In this document: piece by piece, positions 27,021 through 37,600 of the stretch | Layout of the letters: each line of letters begins with the position of its first letter | Numbering within the stretch: the stretch's first letter is position 1 | Source of the DNA: an uncultured euryarchaeote | GTDB lineage: Archaea > Thermoplasmatota > Poseidoniia > Poseidoniales > Poseidoniaceae | Assembly (NCBI GenBank): GCA_937899865.1 | Contig: CALBRH010000013.1 | Location: forward strand, 1 to 64,000 | DNA length: 64,000 nucleotides | Direction of reading: 5' to 3' | Notes under the pieces: generated by a model | What the model was told of the DNA's origin: nothing | Seen by the model: the letters and a program-made list of their open reading frames with translations, nothing else | Database searches by the model: none | Program-made: the position numbers and the translations under genes

Positions 27021-27860
27021 TTATTCGCCCTGTTCATACATTATTACAGGTCTTCTTGGTCGCCAAAATGCTCCGGTAACAAAACCAACACAAAGTCCAC
27101 CAAACAGTAAATTGACCCAGCCAGAATAGACATAATCGCCCATTCCTCTTAGCCAAGGAATTGCAAATGAAGGCACAATTCCAAGCAAAGTAGTCCACAA
27201 TAGTTCGGAGCGAATATTTGCCCCATAATCAGCTTTTGTTGGTACAATTCTTGGAGCCCCATCTCTTATTGGAGTTATTACTAAGCGAACAGAAAGGCCA
27301 GAATTATTTCTGTCCATTGGTGCGCTAGAAAGTGCATGAATTGCTTTGTTATTAGGATGAATTTCCATAGTTGCAGTATGCCATTGCATAGGGCCATGAC
27401 CACTAAATTGACGGGGTCTTCCATCCATCATTGCGCCACGATAATTAGATGATACGGCATCAGCGAGGATCTCCTTTGCTTTGCATTCAACAATTATTTT
27501 ATCAAGATTTTTTGCATGAACCCACTCACTTTGCGTAGGACATCTAATCTCCCATTGGTATTCAGAGCTTAACTCACTAGATATCTCAGTAATTTGCTCA
27601 TTAAGGATGTTGATTATTGCAGCCAACCTTTCACTATTCCATGTTGTATCATCTCCAGGTGCTAAATCAGTTCCCAATATGGAGGACAATTGTTCTAGAT
27701 TTAACGGCGTTTTTGTGATGTAAAAATCTGGACATCTAACTTCGTGTTTAGGTCTTTGACTAGCGTAAATCCAACCACCTTTGTTTTCACCGATGAAAAT
27801 AGAGCCGGCTTCAATGTGATGGAACTCAAGTCCAGCAAGTTCAATGTGTTCCATAATCAA
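27021..27860 (-). CDS. Hypothetical protein with degenerate FGE-sulfatase (SUMF1-like) domain and 2 C-terminal TM helices
   Basis: IEAGSIFIG...RPKHEV...FYITKTP...RCPTQSEW resembles the FGE GxFxMG...P.H.V...F.I...EVT...RLPTEAEW signature. Confidence 0.55.
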   Translation of the reverse strand: MIMEHIELAGLEFHHIEAGSIFIGENKGGWIYASQRPKHEVRCPDFYITKTPLNLEQLSSILGTDLAPGDDTTWNSERLAAIINILNEQITEISSELSSEYQWEIRCPTQSEWVHAKNLDKIIVECKAKEILADAVSSNYRGAMMDGRPRQFSGHGPMQWHTATMEIHPNNKAIHALSSAPMDRNNSGLSVRLVITPIRDGAPRIVPTKADYGANIRSELLWTTLLGIVPSFAIPWLRGMGDYVYSGWVNLLFGGLCVGFVTGAFWRPRRPVIMYEQGE

Positions 27861-27862
27861 CC

Positions 27863-28552
27863 CTATGATACTAATTGTTCCATTCGATTATACCAGGTTA
27901 TGCCATTAGCGTGGTCCTTAAGTAACGAAAATTGAGGGAATGGGGAAATTGAGCGCATATATCCAAAGACTGAGAAATCGACAATATTGGGGCTATCGCC
28001 TCCAAAAAAGTCCTTGCCGCTGTGTTCGTCAGTAAATTCAGTCAACAAATCATGCCACAACTGCTTTGGCTTTCGACCATCTTTCTTGACTCTTTTTTTG
28101 GCAATAATTCCCCACATAATTGGGAATCCTGCCCAAGCATAAAGGCGCTTAGATATGAAGCCAAATTTTTCTAATTTAGAAATCCTAGTAGTGGTTTTGA
28201 AAGCTGATCCAAGTGTGCCATATAGGATAGGTACTGTAGCCTTAGACATCTTTGTATCAGACCATTCCAACCAGTCATTTATTCGCTCAAGGTCTCCATT
28301 TGCAAGTAATTTTCCATCGTTGTAATTTTGGTCGATGAACTTCATTATCGGCGTTGAATCGGTATGGACTTGACCAGTTTCATCAGTAAATACTGGAACT
28401 TTACCCCAGTCGCCAGCAAATGATACAGATTTTTTTATTTTCAACCCATTTACTGAAACATAATCAACCTCAAGTTTGAGATATTCGATAAGTCCTCTAA
28501 CTTTCCAACAAAATGGGCAGGTATGCAACATGTGCAACGACGCTTTAGCCAT
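27863..28552 (-). CDS. Glutathione S-transferase family protein, prostaglandin E synthase-2-like
   Basis: TCPFCWKVRGLI (glutaredoxin-like CPFC), KVPV...DSTPI, FFGGDSPNIVDFSVFG. Confidence 0.8.
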   Translation of the reverse strand: MAKASLHMLHTCPFCWKVRGLIEYLKLEVDYVSVNGLKIKKSVSFAGDWGKVPVFTDETGQVHTDSTPIMKFIDQNYNDGKLLANGDLERINDWLEWSDTKMSKATVPILYGTLGSAFKTTTRISKLEKFGFISKRLYAWAGFPIMWGIIAKKRVKKDGRKPKQLWHDLLTEFTDEHSGKDFFGGDSPNIVDFSVFGYMRSISPFPQFSLLKDHANGITWYNRMEQLVS

Positions 28553-28577
28553 GTATTAGCCAAAAGTTGAGTCCATT

Positions 28578-28913
28578 TCAATCCTTGTCTACAGAATCTT
28601 GTACAGGTTTCCAGCCAGTTTTCCAGAATTCTAGGTCATCAAGCCATTTTAGCCATTCATTATCAGTACTGGATAACAGCCTAATTGCACGACTATCTAA
28701 TGCTTCTTTGTTGACTAAAGATAATGATTCATTGTCGAGACATTCTTGCCATTCAACTTGCATTTGTCTAATTTGACGCTTAGCCTCTTCGGGATTGTCA
28801 AAATGCCTTTCACACATATCTCTTAGTTCAAGTAGCCACGTACGACCATCTTTCAGCACAGGTTCAATGACTCTTTTCGCCGGCTTTGATTTAGAAAAAG
28901 GCCACCATCCCAT
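28578..28913 (-). CDS. Hypothetical protein
   Basis: W-rich helical ORF; likely start MGWWPF at 28913 (track start 28952). Confidence 0.65.
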   Translation of the reverse strand: MGWWPFSKSKPAKRVIEPVLKDGRTWLLELRDMCERHFDNPEEAKRQIRQMQVEWQECLDNESLSLVNKEALDSRAIRLLSSTDNEWLKWLDDLEFWKTGWKPVQDSVDKD

Positions 28914-29007
28914 ATTACTCCGTAACGGTAATACTTTTTGAAGTTGGTTCATTACAATTCATAGTAATTAACTGAACCTTTCAATAGTGTTAAGTTTTGA
29001 GCATGGC

Positions 29008-29436
29008 ATGGGAAGGATAACTATCCACCTACACGGGGCTGCTAAAGAGAAAGCCTATGCTGAAATGTTAAACAACTATGGTAATAGATTGAAATTATAC
29101 AACATTAGCATAATTTCTCATAGCAGTAAAAAATCTCTTGAGAAATATTTTGCTGAGATTGACAAAAATGCAACACTATACTTGCTGGATGAAAGTGGTA
29201 AACAATATACTTCACAGGGATTTGCCAAATTAGTCAAACAATGGAATGTGAGCAATCAAGATGTCAATTTGGCTATTGGGCCAGTAGATGGATGGCAAGA
29301 ATACAAAGTAGGGCATAGCAATCTAATCTCATTGTCTGAAATGACTTTTCCTCATGAACTTGCGGCAGTAATGTTGGTTGAGCAAGTATACCGAGCAACA
29401 GAGATAATCAAAGGAACAAAATATCATCGAAACTGA
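29008..29436 (+). CDS. rlmH: 23S rRNA m3Psi1915 methyltransferase RlmH-like (SPOUT)
   Basis: LLDESGKQYTSQGFA, LAIGPVDG, ISLSEMTFPHELAAVMLVEQVYRA...KGTKYH. Confidence 0.88.
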   Translation: MGRITIHLHGAAKEKAYAEMLNNYGNRLKLYNISIISHSSKKSLEKYFAEIDKNATLYLLDESGKQYTSQGFAKLVKQWNVSNQDVNLAIGPVDGWQEYKVGHSNLISLSEMTFPHELAAVMLVEQVYRATEIIKGTKYHRN

Positions 29437-29481
29437 GCAAATCCTCAAAGAGAACCCTATTGTGGGCTTGGTGTTGATAGT

Positions 29482-30228
29482 ATGATTATAGCTGAATCAA
29501 CTGCAGTTTGGATGCTATTAATTTTTGATGGAATTATAGGTTCAGTGTTAATTTATGGGTCCAAAACTCAACCCTTTCCAACTCCATCAAAGCGTTTTGG
29601 CACATTCATTTTGGTAATTGCAGGTTTACTATTTATGGGGCAATCAGCACCAAATCCAACAAGTCTCGAGGCTCATCTAGGAATATTATCCGTAGTTGGA
29701 GCATTCGGATTAGTTACCGGCATTCACCATATGTTAAACACTCGAAGAGAAGTTCTAGTGGCACCAATGGCCGGTTTCATGTTTTGCGTCGGAGTCACTG
29801 GATTGATAACTCAAACCTGGGAGGAATTGACTCAGTTTGAACATTGGGCAGGATTCCTCGCATTGGTCGTTCTTGCGGGAGGTCAAACATGGCTGGTATT
29901 TAGGGGACTGTTGATTGGTCGTTTACCACTTGCTTGGAGTCAAGCGGGAATGGTAGCACTTCATCGAGGCCAGTTACATGGTCCTCATGGGGCAATCGAG
30001 TGCTTTGAGAAAGCTTGGGATGGCGATGAGGAGCATCTTAATCCAATGGCTTATTCAGCCCTATACAAAATCAATTTATTTGTCGAAGATCCAGAGAGAG
30101 CAGCGCATTGGAATGAATTATTTTTGGAATCTGGCGGAAAGAATTCTGTTGCTCCAGAATGGTTGGAAGCAATTGATGAATGCTTAGTTGCGATGGGAAA
30201 TACTCCTACAGTATCTGAAAGCGAATGA
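29482..30228 (+). CDS. Hypothetical membrane protein (5 TM plus short TPR-like C-terminus)
   Basis: Five hydrophobic helices, then a helical AIECFEKAW segment. Confidence 0.7.
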   Translation: MIIAESTAVWMLLIFDGIIGSVLIYGSKTQPFPTPSKRFGTFILVIAGLLFMGQSAPNPTSLEAHLGILSVVGAFGLVTGIHHMLNTRREVLVAPMAGFMFCVGVTGLITQTWEELTQFEHWAGFLALVVLAGGQTWLVFRGLLIGRLPLAWSQAGMVALHRGQLHGPHGAIECFEKAWDGDEEHLNPMAYSALYKINLFVEDPERAAHWNELFLESGGKNSVAPEWLEAIDECLVAMGNTPTVSESE

Positions 30229-30314
30229 ACATTATCCGATAAAAAAATCACAATTTTCGCCGAAAAAGAGCAAAATATGCAACCTTTTATCTACTTAGAG
30301 GTAGATATAATGAT

Positions 30315-30629
30315 ATGAGGATGAACATGGGAGGCGACAAGAATTGGCGTATTTCACCATTTATGCTTTCAATTCTTGCCATATGGTTTATTGCTAATTT
30401 AATCTCTCAATTTGTCTTTATCACATTACATGGCATTCCCTATGATGGAATTGCTATGCTTTCATCTCTTGGTTGGATTTACTATGTGGTGATTGTAGTT
30501 GAGTTATTCCTTTGGGTTTGGTTTTTTGGCTATTTAATTTTCAAAGCCTTCAAACATATTTCACAAAACAACTCTTCTAATGAAATTGGTAATTTGCCAA
30601 CTATTGCCAAATCATCCATTTTGACATAA
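30315..30629 (+). CDS. Small hypothetical membrane protein
   Basis: Two aromatic-rich TM segments. Confidence 0.6.
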   Translation: MRMNMGGDKNWRISPFMLSILAIWFIANLISQFVFITLHGIPYDGIAMLSSLGWIYYVVIVVELFLWVWFFGYLIFKAFKHISQNNSSNEIGNLPTIAKSSILT

Positions 30630-30672
30630 ATTAAACGATGAATTCAAGACCCCTCTCGTAAAAAGACACTTT

Positions 30673-31158
30673 GTGTCTGATATGTCTGAAGTACCAATTT
30701 ATTCTGGCCGTCCAATGGAAATTGCTGATTTGTTAAATTTTGAGCAAGCGATTGATGAAATTCCTAATGGGGCAAAAGTAGTTACAATTGAGGAGGCAAG
30801 AGATAGTTTACCAGTGGCTAAAAAATTGCTAATTAAGTTGCAATCAATTAGTGATAACGCAGCAGATTTAACCGAAGAACTTGACATAATTTTGGAAAGC
30901 TATGACTCCAATCATGATCATGTTACTGAATTAGCAGATTACTTGGCAACGATGATTCATTCTTGGCATCAAGTAATTGATGAGATGGAGAAAACTGGTA
31001 CTAAGATGGCTTGTTTAGATCCAGGAAGACTAGAATGGTATGGTGTAGTTGACGAGCAATTAGTACTTTATTCATGGGCTCAAGGTGAAGAAGATATTGA
31101 GTGGTATCATGAAATAAATTCAAGTTTCTTCTCCCGCAAACCACTCATAGAAGCATGA
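30673..31158 (+). CDS. DUF2203-family protein
   Basis: TIEEARDSLP...DPGRLEWYG...LYSWAQGEEDIEWYHEINSSFFSRKP matches the DUF2203 pattern. Confidence 0.8.
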   Translation: MSDMSEVPIYSGRPMEIADLLNFEQAIDEIPNGAKVVTIEEARDSLPVAKKLLIKLQSISDNAADLTEELDIILESYDSNHDHVTELADYLATMIHSWHQVIDEMEKTGTKMACLDPGRLEWYGVVDEQLVLYSWAQGEEDIEWYHEINSSFFSRKPLIEA

Positions 31159-31184
31159 TTTGGGCCTATACAGGCGGAGTTAAT

Positions 31185-31883
31185 ATGGTTCGAATAAATC
31201 GAGTATATACTGGGTCGGGCGACGAAGGTTCCTCATCATTTGTTGATGGTTCAAGGCATAGAAAGTCTCATCCAAGATTTACAGCAGTTGGGACTTGTGA
31301 TGAACTTAATTCTATTGTTGGAATTATTCGAAGAGAGTGTGCAGATTTACCAAATCATGCAGATGGAGGCAATAGTGCAAGCATCGCTAGGATCCAGAAA
31401 ATTTCAGAGATAGCCTTAGATAGAATTCAAAACGAATTGTTTGATTTGGGTGCTGAATTAGCATGTGAGCCGAGTGAATTACCAGAATATATGCAGTTAA
31501 TCAGTGAGCAACAATGTGATTTACTGACCGATGAAATGGATGCTTGGCTAGAACAATTAGAACCATTGACCAGTTTTATTCTTCCTTCAGGCTTAGGCCC
31601 TGAACCAATTATTCATCATGCAAGGACAGTAACAAGAAGATTAGAAAGAAGCCTAATTGTTATTGAGGATGAATCTGGTCAAGGTGCAATTAGGGATGAA
31701 GCAAGAATATACATTAATCGTTTATCAGATTGGTTTTTCGTTTTCGCTCGCTGGGTTACCAAAAATCTTGGTGCGGAAGAAACCCTCTGGACGCCACTGG
31801 CAAAACGGCAAGAATCTACCAGTGTATCTGCAATGATAAAGAAATTTCATTCCAATGAGCAAGACTTTGAAGACTTAGAATAA
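31185..31883 (+). CDS. pduO: ATP:cob(I)alamin adenosyltransferase (PduO type)
   Basis: RVYTGSGDEGSS, AVGTCDELNS, IQNELFDLGAELA, FILPSG, ARTVTRRLER, YINRLSDWFF. Start at 31185 after GGAG. Confidence 0.92.
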   Translation: MVRINRVYTGSGDEGSSSFVDGSRHRKSHPRFTAVGTCDELNSIVGIIRRECADLPNHADGGNSASIARIQKISEIALDRIQNELFDLGAELACEPSELPEYMQLISEQQCDLLTDEMDAWLEQLEPLTSFILPSGLGPEPIIHHARTVTRRLERSLIVIEDESGQGAIRDEARIYINRLSDWFFVFARWVTKNLGAEETLWTPLAKRQESTSVSAMIKKFHSNEQDFEDLE

Positions 31884-32285
31884 ACCGTTCTGCTCGGCAT
31901 ATATTTTTGCCTTTGAAATCACCGATCTAGTCTCTTCATGGGTGACCATTTCGATTGCTAAATCCCAGTCAAGCCACATATAGTCTCTATGTTCATTAGA
32001 TAAAGCGATACTAATTTTTTCAGTAGTCGCTAGATACCAAAAGACTTGTTTGTTGGTTTTTCTTCCTTTGTGTTTGAAACTGTAAGAGGTTTTTTCTTCA
32101 AAGCCATGGATAAATTCTATCTCGGTAATCCCGGTTTCTTCACCCAATTCACGTGCTGCAGTAATCTGATAATTTTCATCATCTTCCTCTACGTGGCCTT
32201 TTGGGAGATCCCAATGGCCTTGCGGATATTGTAAAAGGAGAACAGTTCCATAATTGACTAGAACGACTCCACAAGATGTTTCCAT
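31875..32285 (-). CDS. Nudix hydrolase (Ap4A hydrolase-like)
   Basis: SCG...HWDLPKGH, Nudix box AARELGEETG, LSNEH. Confidence 0.9.
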   Translation of the reverse strand: METSCGVVLVNYGTVLLLQYPQGHWDLPKGHVEEDDENYQITAARELGEETGITEIEFIHGFEEKTSYSFKHKGRKTNKQVFWYLATTEKISIALSNEHRDYMWLDWDLAIEMVTHEETRSVISKAKIYAEQNGLF

Positions 32286-32430
32286 GGCATACGCAAAAAG
32301 TGATTACTCAAGTTTTTTGTCCTAGAATATTCTGTATTATCTTATATTCCCCTCAAGGTAGGAACATTGGCATTAGAGGCATTATTTTTATTTCATTAGT
32401 AGTTAAATATTAGAGATTTTTGGAATATAT

Positions 32431-33003
32431 ATGACCTCTTTTTTGACTTCACTTAAAGAGAAAATTTTTGGGAAAAAAGATAGCAATGCCGAGCGCGTGG
32501 CTTCAGTAACCAAACTAGCTCCGAAAATTTTTGAAGAGCCAGGCAAGTTGATATACGTTGGAGCAAGACAGGATCGAATGGATTTTGGTAATGAATTAAA
32601 AGGGGCAGGCCATGAATTTACTATTCTGGAAATATTCGAACCAAATGTAAAACATTTGACAAAAGTTTGTCCTTGGGCTACTGTAATCCAAGGAGATGTT
32701 CGCAACTTAGAAAATTTTTCAGAGGATGAATTTGATTATGCCTTTTGGTGGCATGGCCCTGAACATATCAAAGAGGAAGAACTTGCTGACGCTGTAAAAG
32801 GATTGGAGAAGATAACCAAAAAAATAGTTGTTTTAGGTTGCCCATGGGGCGATTATCCACAACATCATCTTCATGGAAATCCCTATGAAGAACATGAAGC
32901 GTCTTTATATCCACATCATTTTGAAGACATGGGCTATGTTGTTGATACAATCGGAACTGTTGACAAACCCGGTTCAAATTTAACCGCAGTCAAACATTTC
33001 TAA
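32431..33003 (+). CDS. Class I SAM-dependent methyltransferase-like protein
   Basis: LIYVGA (variant motif I), TILEIF, VIQGDVRNL, FDYAFWWHGPEHI. Confidence 0.6.
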   Translation: MTSFLTSLKEKIFGKKDSNAERVASVTKLAPKIFEEPGKLIYVGARQDRMDFGNELKGAGHEFTILEIFEPNVKHLTKVCPWATVIQGDVRNLENFSEDEFDYAFWWHGPEHIKEEELADAVKGLEKITKKIVVLGCPWGDYPQHHLHGNPYEEHEASLYPHHFEDMGYVVDTIGTVDKPGSNLTAVKHF

Positions 33004-33067
33004 TAATTTCATTTAATCATCGTATTTGATACGGAAGTTATACAGCCTAATTTATTGGGGTAGGTTT

Positions 33068-34045
33068 GTGAGTGCACAAGAGATTCCCAACTTCACACGA
33101 GTTGTTGCAGATTCTGATTTTGACGGATTATGTGGCGCAGCCATCTTGAAAAAATTCAATCCCAGTGCAGAAATAATATTTTCTCATGCTGCTTTAATTA
33201 GAAATGGGGCTATGGATAATGAAATAAATAAGAATACAGTAATTGTTGATTTACCCTTTCACCCAAATTGTGGTTGGTATCTTGACCATCATCAAACCAA
33301 TAAACCATCGAATGAGGAATTAATTGAATTCGAGCAAAATGGTGGCGTGATTGATTGGCAACCAACACCTTCAGCAGCTAGATTAGCATATGAGCGGATA
33401 AAAGACCATACAGATTTAACGAATTTTGTTGAACTTATGCCTTTTGTTGATGCTTTAGATTCAGGAGGGATAACATTGCAAGAATTGCTTGATGATGGTG
33501 ATTTAATGTGTTTCAGTAGAACATTATCACTGGTTGAAAGCGAATATATGCAGCAGATTGTAGATTTGATGGCAACAGGGTCAACCATTGAAGAAATTTT
33601 ACAACTTCCTGAAGTAGTAACAAGATTAAAATTTCAAAAAGAGAACAGAAAGAAATTACAGCATGCTGTTTTAGCAAATACCGAAATTATAGATAGATTG
33701 GCGATTTGTAATTTGCAAGATACAGGATTTTTTTCCAATGGCTATTTAGTGACGGCAACAGTAGTCGATAAAGCAGATGCTTGTTGTATTATTCATGGCT
33801 ATAGTGACGGCGATATTGATGACCCTAAAAGGCCCCCATTGTCCGCAAGTTTTTATGCAAATTCCTTCATCGAACAAGGGCAAGATCGTTATGATTTGTC
33901 TCGTTTAGCAACAAGATTCGATCCAAGTGGTGGTGGTCATATGAACGCTTGTGGCTGTAGGATTCAAGAACCGGGATTAGAACATAATCTTGCTGAATGG
34001 ATAAATATGTGGCAACAGCGAGAAACTGTGCTTACTGTCGATTAG
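33068..34045 (+). CDS. DHH-family phosphoesterase (nanoRNase/exopolyphosphatase-like)
   Basis: DSDFDG, IVDLPF, LDHH, PSAARL, and C-terminal GGGHMNACGC. GTG start at 33068 preferred. Confidence 0.85.
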   Translation: MSAQEIPNFTRVVADSDFDGLCGAAILKKFNPSAEIIFSHAALIRNGAMDNEINKNTVIVDLPFHPNCGWYLDHHQTNKPSNEELIEFEQNGGVIDWQPTPSAARLAYERIKDHTDLTNFVELMPFVDALDSGGITLQELLDDGDLMCFSRTLSLVESEYMQQIVDLMATGSTIEEILQLPEVVTRLKFQKENRKKLQHAVLANTEIIDRLAICNLQDTGFFSNGYLVTATVVDKADACCIIHGYSDGDIDDPKRPPLSASFYANSFIEQGQDRYDLSRLATRFDPSGGGHMNACGCRIQEPGLEHNLAEWINMWQQRETVLTVD

Positions 34046-34521
34046 ATAACGGAAAAGATGTATAAAAATCCAAGAAAAGCGTGAATAAAGATTAGGGCCA
34101 TAATGAAATCCGCTGCTCTACCATGTTTGGTTTTCTCAGTTGCAAAACTTTTGCCAGCCAATCGATTTTCTTTGGCTTTCTTACCGAACCTAACCATGAT
34201 GAACAACAGAATTAACCCCAAAGGTCCGATGAAACCATGCAAATTTGTCGGCCATATCTCAGCAAAGATATCTTGTTCACTGCGCCATCCAGCAATCATT
34301 CTTCCTAAAAATGCAATTCCCACAATAATAAATCCAGACCATAGTATGAACTCACCGTATTTTTCATGATTCATCAAGGCCTTTTTACGCTCATCGCCTT
34401 TCAATGTCTTACTTTTTTTACGCCAAGAGTATTGTTTCCACATCCAAATTATCAATGCACTAGCTAAAATTGGATGCGCTAGCAAGGCGATAGTTCGAAT
34501 ATAATCCATGGGCTCAGTCAA
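34042..34521 (-). CDS. DUF4079-like / cytochrome b561-like 4-TM protein
   Basis: Four TM segments with spaced His (HPIL, HEKYG, NLHG, KHGR). Confidence 0.6.
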   Translation of the reverse strand: MTEPMDYIRTIALLAHPILASALIIWMWKQYSWRKKSKTLKGDERKKALMNHEKYGEFILWSGFIIVGIAFLGRMIAGWRSEQDIFAEIWPTNLHGFIGPLGLILLFIMVRFGKKAKENRLAGKSFATEKTKHGRAADFIMALIFIHAFLGFLYIFSVI

Positions 34522-34643
34522 TATGCTCCAAGTGTTCTTTATTGATGAACACTAGTGATAAAAATACACTTTCCAATACAATTTAGCAAATTTTGTTGCC
34601 GGTTAATTGAATAGCGACCTACTAGGCGGCTATTATGTAGGAG

Positions 34644-37600
34644 GTGGCTAGTCTGCAAGAAGAGCACATTGCAAAATGTTTGGATATTGCATTCAAGTCA
34701 AATATTCCTAAGCAACAGCGTAAGGCAAAGGTTGCTAAGTCAGCTGATTGGTTGATTATGGATAAAAAGTGGCGTAGTATACTTACTTTAGCGTTAGATG
34801 AAACCGAAATACCAGGTGATGACGAGGACACGAACTCTCCGAGAAACAATCGCATGATGCGTCGTAGGGGCAGAGGTTCCTCACCCAAATCTGCCATTGA
34901 TTGGTTGCCAGATAATGATGCTATTTCATCAGATGAATCGGAGTCTGATGCTTTTAGATTAGCAGTGTTATTAATCAACAAACAATTGAAGCGCGGTGAA
35001 TGGAATGATGACTTAACTACCCTTGAAAATTCAATTAGAGAAAAATGTTTGACTAATGGAGTTGATACAATTTGGCAAACACTGGGACAGAAGACCGACC
35101 TTCTAGCACAGTTTGTTGCATTTCCAACGGCAAAGAAAAAATCCAAAACGAACAAAAAAATAGATATTTCAATTGGCAGAATCGACGTTTTCAACAATGA
35201 AGAATTAGCAGATGCAATAGATGAGCTATCTTCACTATGTACTGATGCTAGTCAACAAATTGCAATTCAAAAGGTTCAGTCACAACTGTCAGCCAAACGC
35301 TCTTTAGAGGTTAGTAAGAATCTCTTAGAACTAACAGGCAAAGCGTCAATAATTTCAGTCATTTTAGCAATTTCTAGTAATGCTGAATCCACTAAACCGC
35401 TTAAAGAATTAGCCAAAATCGACAAAGAACTTGCACAAGAATTTGAAGACTTAACTCGCTTAATTAGCGGAGAGGTCAAGGATTGGAAGGTAAGCACTAG
35501 TGGGGAGGATAATGGCTTAGCAAGGGCTAGAGCAAGATTTGCATGGCTAAATTTCCCTGAATCTGTAAGTAAACTTCCTCCGGAGGAAATTGCCAAAGGG
35601 CTTGAAATTCTCGAATCAATCCCTAATTCTCAAACGCAAGTTCAGAATCTTAAATGGTTATACCTTTCAGCACTTGCAAAGTCTGGAGACAGTAAACAGG
35701 CTGCTGATTTATTGATTTCAAATACTCTAGATCATTCGATAGAAATCGAGAAATTGTATGACTTAATTTGCTCATTAAAGTCGGAAGAAGTTTACGCTTG
35801 GTTAATCAATCAAATGGTGTCTTTGGATGAAGGAGCATTACAGTATATTGCAAATCATAGCAATAGTTCGCTTGAATTGAAGAATGAATGTTACAAACAA
35901 ATTCAAGATATTGGCGGGGAGGCTTGGGAAGAATCATCGGTCCAAGCCGTAGAAATTTTTGCACAAAAATTAGAGATTAGAAGACTTAGTAAAATATTAA
36001 CAGAAAATGATATTGCACCGCTATCACATCCTTATGAAGCGCTATTATCGTATCATATTCTAGCTACTAACAGTGAACAGGATTTGTGGGAGAAGTTTGT
36101 TGAGATTAGACGGCAAGCACTAACTACCATTCACAGTACAGAACCTCCAGCCTATCTTTCCTCAATGGCACAAAGCCTAATCATGTTGATGGAAGGTAAC
36201 AAAGTAGATATTGAACCATTTATGATACTTGATAGAAACGGCTTCAAAGCACTAAAACTTGCTCGACATGCTTTGAAACAAGGAGGCTCAGGAATAACTT
36301 CAAGAACTCACATAAAACACCTTAAGAAAAGTATAGAACAGTCGGACTTATCAACACTTGAGTATAATTTGTTGTCAGTATTAATTGCAACATTAAACCT
36401 CAATCAAGCAACCATTTCATTACAACACGGTGAAGCAGATGAAGAGATATTTGCTACATTGAATCAATTAGTAGAGGGATCTAACATTCCAACTAGTCTA
36501 GTTCGCTCAGTTAGACAGTTGGTATTCGACCATGATATTGGGTTAGAACAATTAGTCACCTGGTATCAACAAAATAACCCTCTTTCACCATGGCACACAC
36601 TCGCTAGAGCGGCGCTCTTTGCTCAAAACAACGATGAGTTAAACGCGGCAAGAGAATATAGGCGGGTCGCAGAAAGTAGAGAATTTGATTTTGAGCATTC
36701 AATGGTACTGTATCGTAAGTCAATAATTCATCTTGCACATGCAGAGCAATGGAAAGAAGCAGTAGATTTACTTGATAACCAACCTGCACTGAGGACTGCA
36801 ATTACCAAACGGTTCCAACTTTACTTAAGAGTTTCATTTACCGCCAGCAATCAAAAAACCAACGAAGCAACGCAATTACTGAAGAATTTTGTTAGACGAA
36901 CAAAACAAGTCCAAGAGGAAAATATGGATGGTGAAATGATAGAAAAAACCATCAATTTCTTTGCCGAAGATGAACTCGATAATTTACGGAATTATCCATT
37001 CGAACACTCAAGAGTATTACCGCCTGAACCATTTTCTGGTAGAGTTACCGCAGCACTAAATTCAGTGCAAAGGAATAAACGCCGAACGAGACATGGGTTC
37101 GATGGTAGATTCCGTAATGAAATGTTACAAAATCCGCCTTCAATTATGGCGCTGTATGATATTGCAAGAGATTCTGCAGACAAAAACCCAATTGAGGGAT
37201 TGATGTATTTGGAGCGAGCACAAAATTCAGGTAAATTCTCAACCTCTGAAATGAAACGGTTGTATGATGCAGAGAGAAGCCTGTTTGCAACACACAAGCG
37301 AGAAATTCCTAACTCCGCTCGTCGTTACCTGAAAAATTTAGCCTTACCTCCATTGGTTATCGTCGATACTAATATTTTGGTTGATGCATTAGTTGACAAA
37401 ATTGCGCATTCATTGGAATTAGCAATCGAAACAAGTCTAGACTCATTTGAGCATGATAATTTTCACAAGGTACTCTTAAGCCGTGCAGATGCAGGTAGGA
37501 TTAATCTTTGGCTACCTTCAATTGTCAAACACGAAATCAGAGAATTAAGCAAGCGACATAATAAGCTGAAAGCGAAATTCCAATCTTCTTTGGTTAAGCC

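Noticed and set aside
2008-28552. LOX-like gene plus mPGES-2-like GST as an oxylipin operon
   Set aside because: They are ~24 kb apart with unrelated genes between them; only a possible functional link is noted, not a cluster.
34622-35197. 191-aa antisense ORF, and other antisense/shadow ORFs in the track (e.g. 1460-1729, 3539-3889, 6810-7202, 11022-11492, 39299-39790, 58488-58997, 60427-60864, 61917-62366)
   Set aside because: They lie fully opposite well-supported genes and show no recognisable motifs; they are treated as reverse-frame artefacts.
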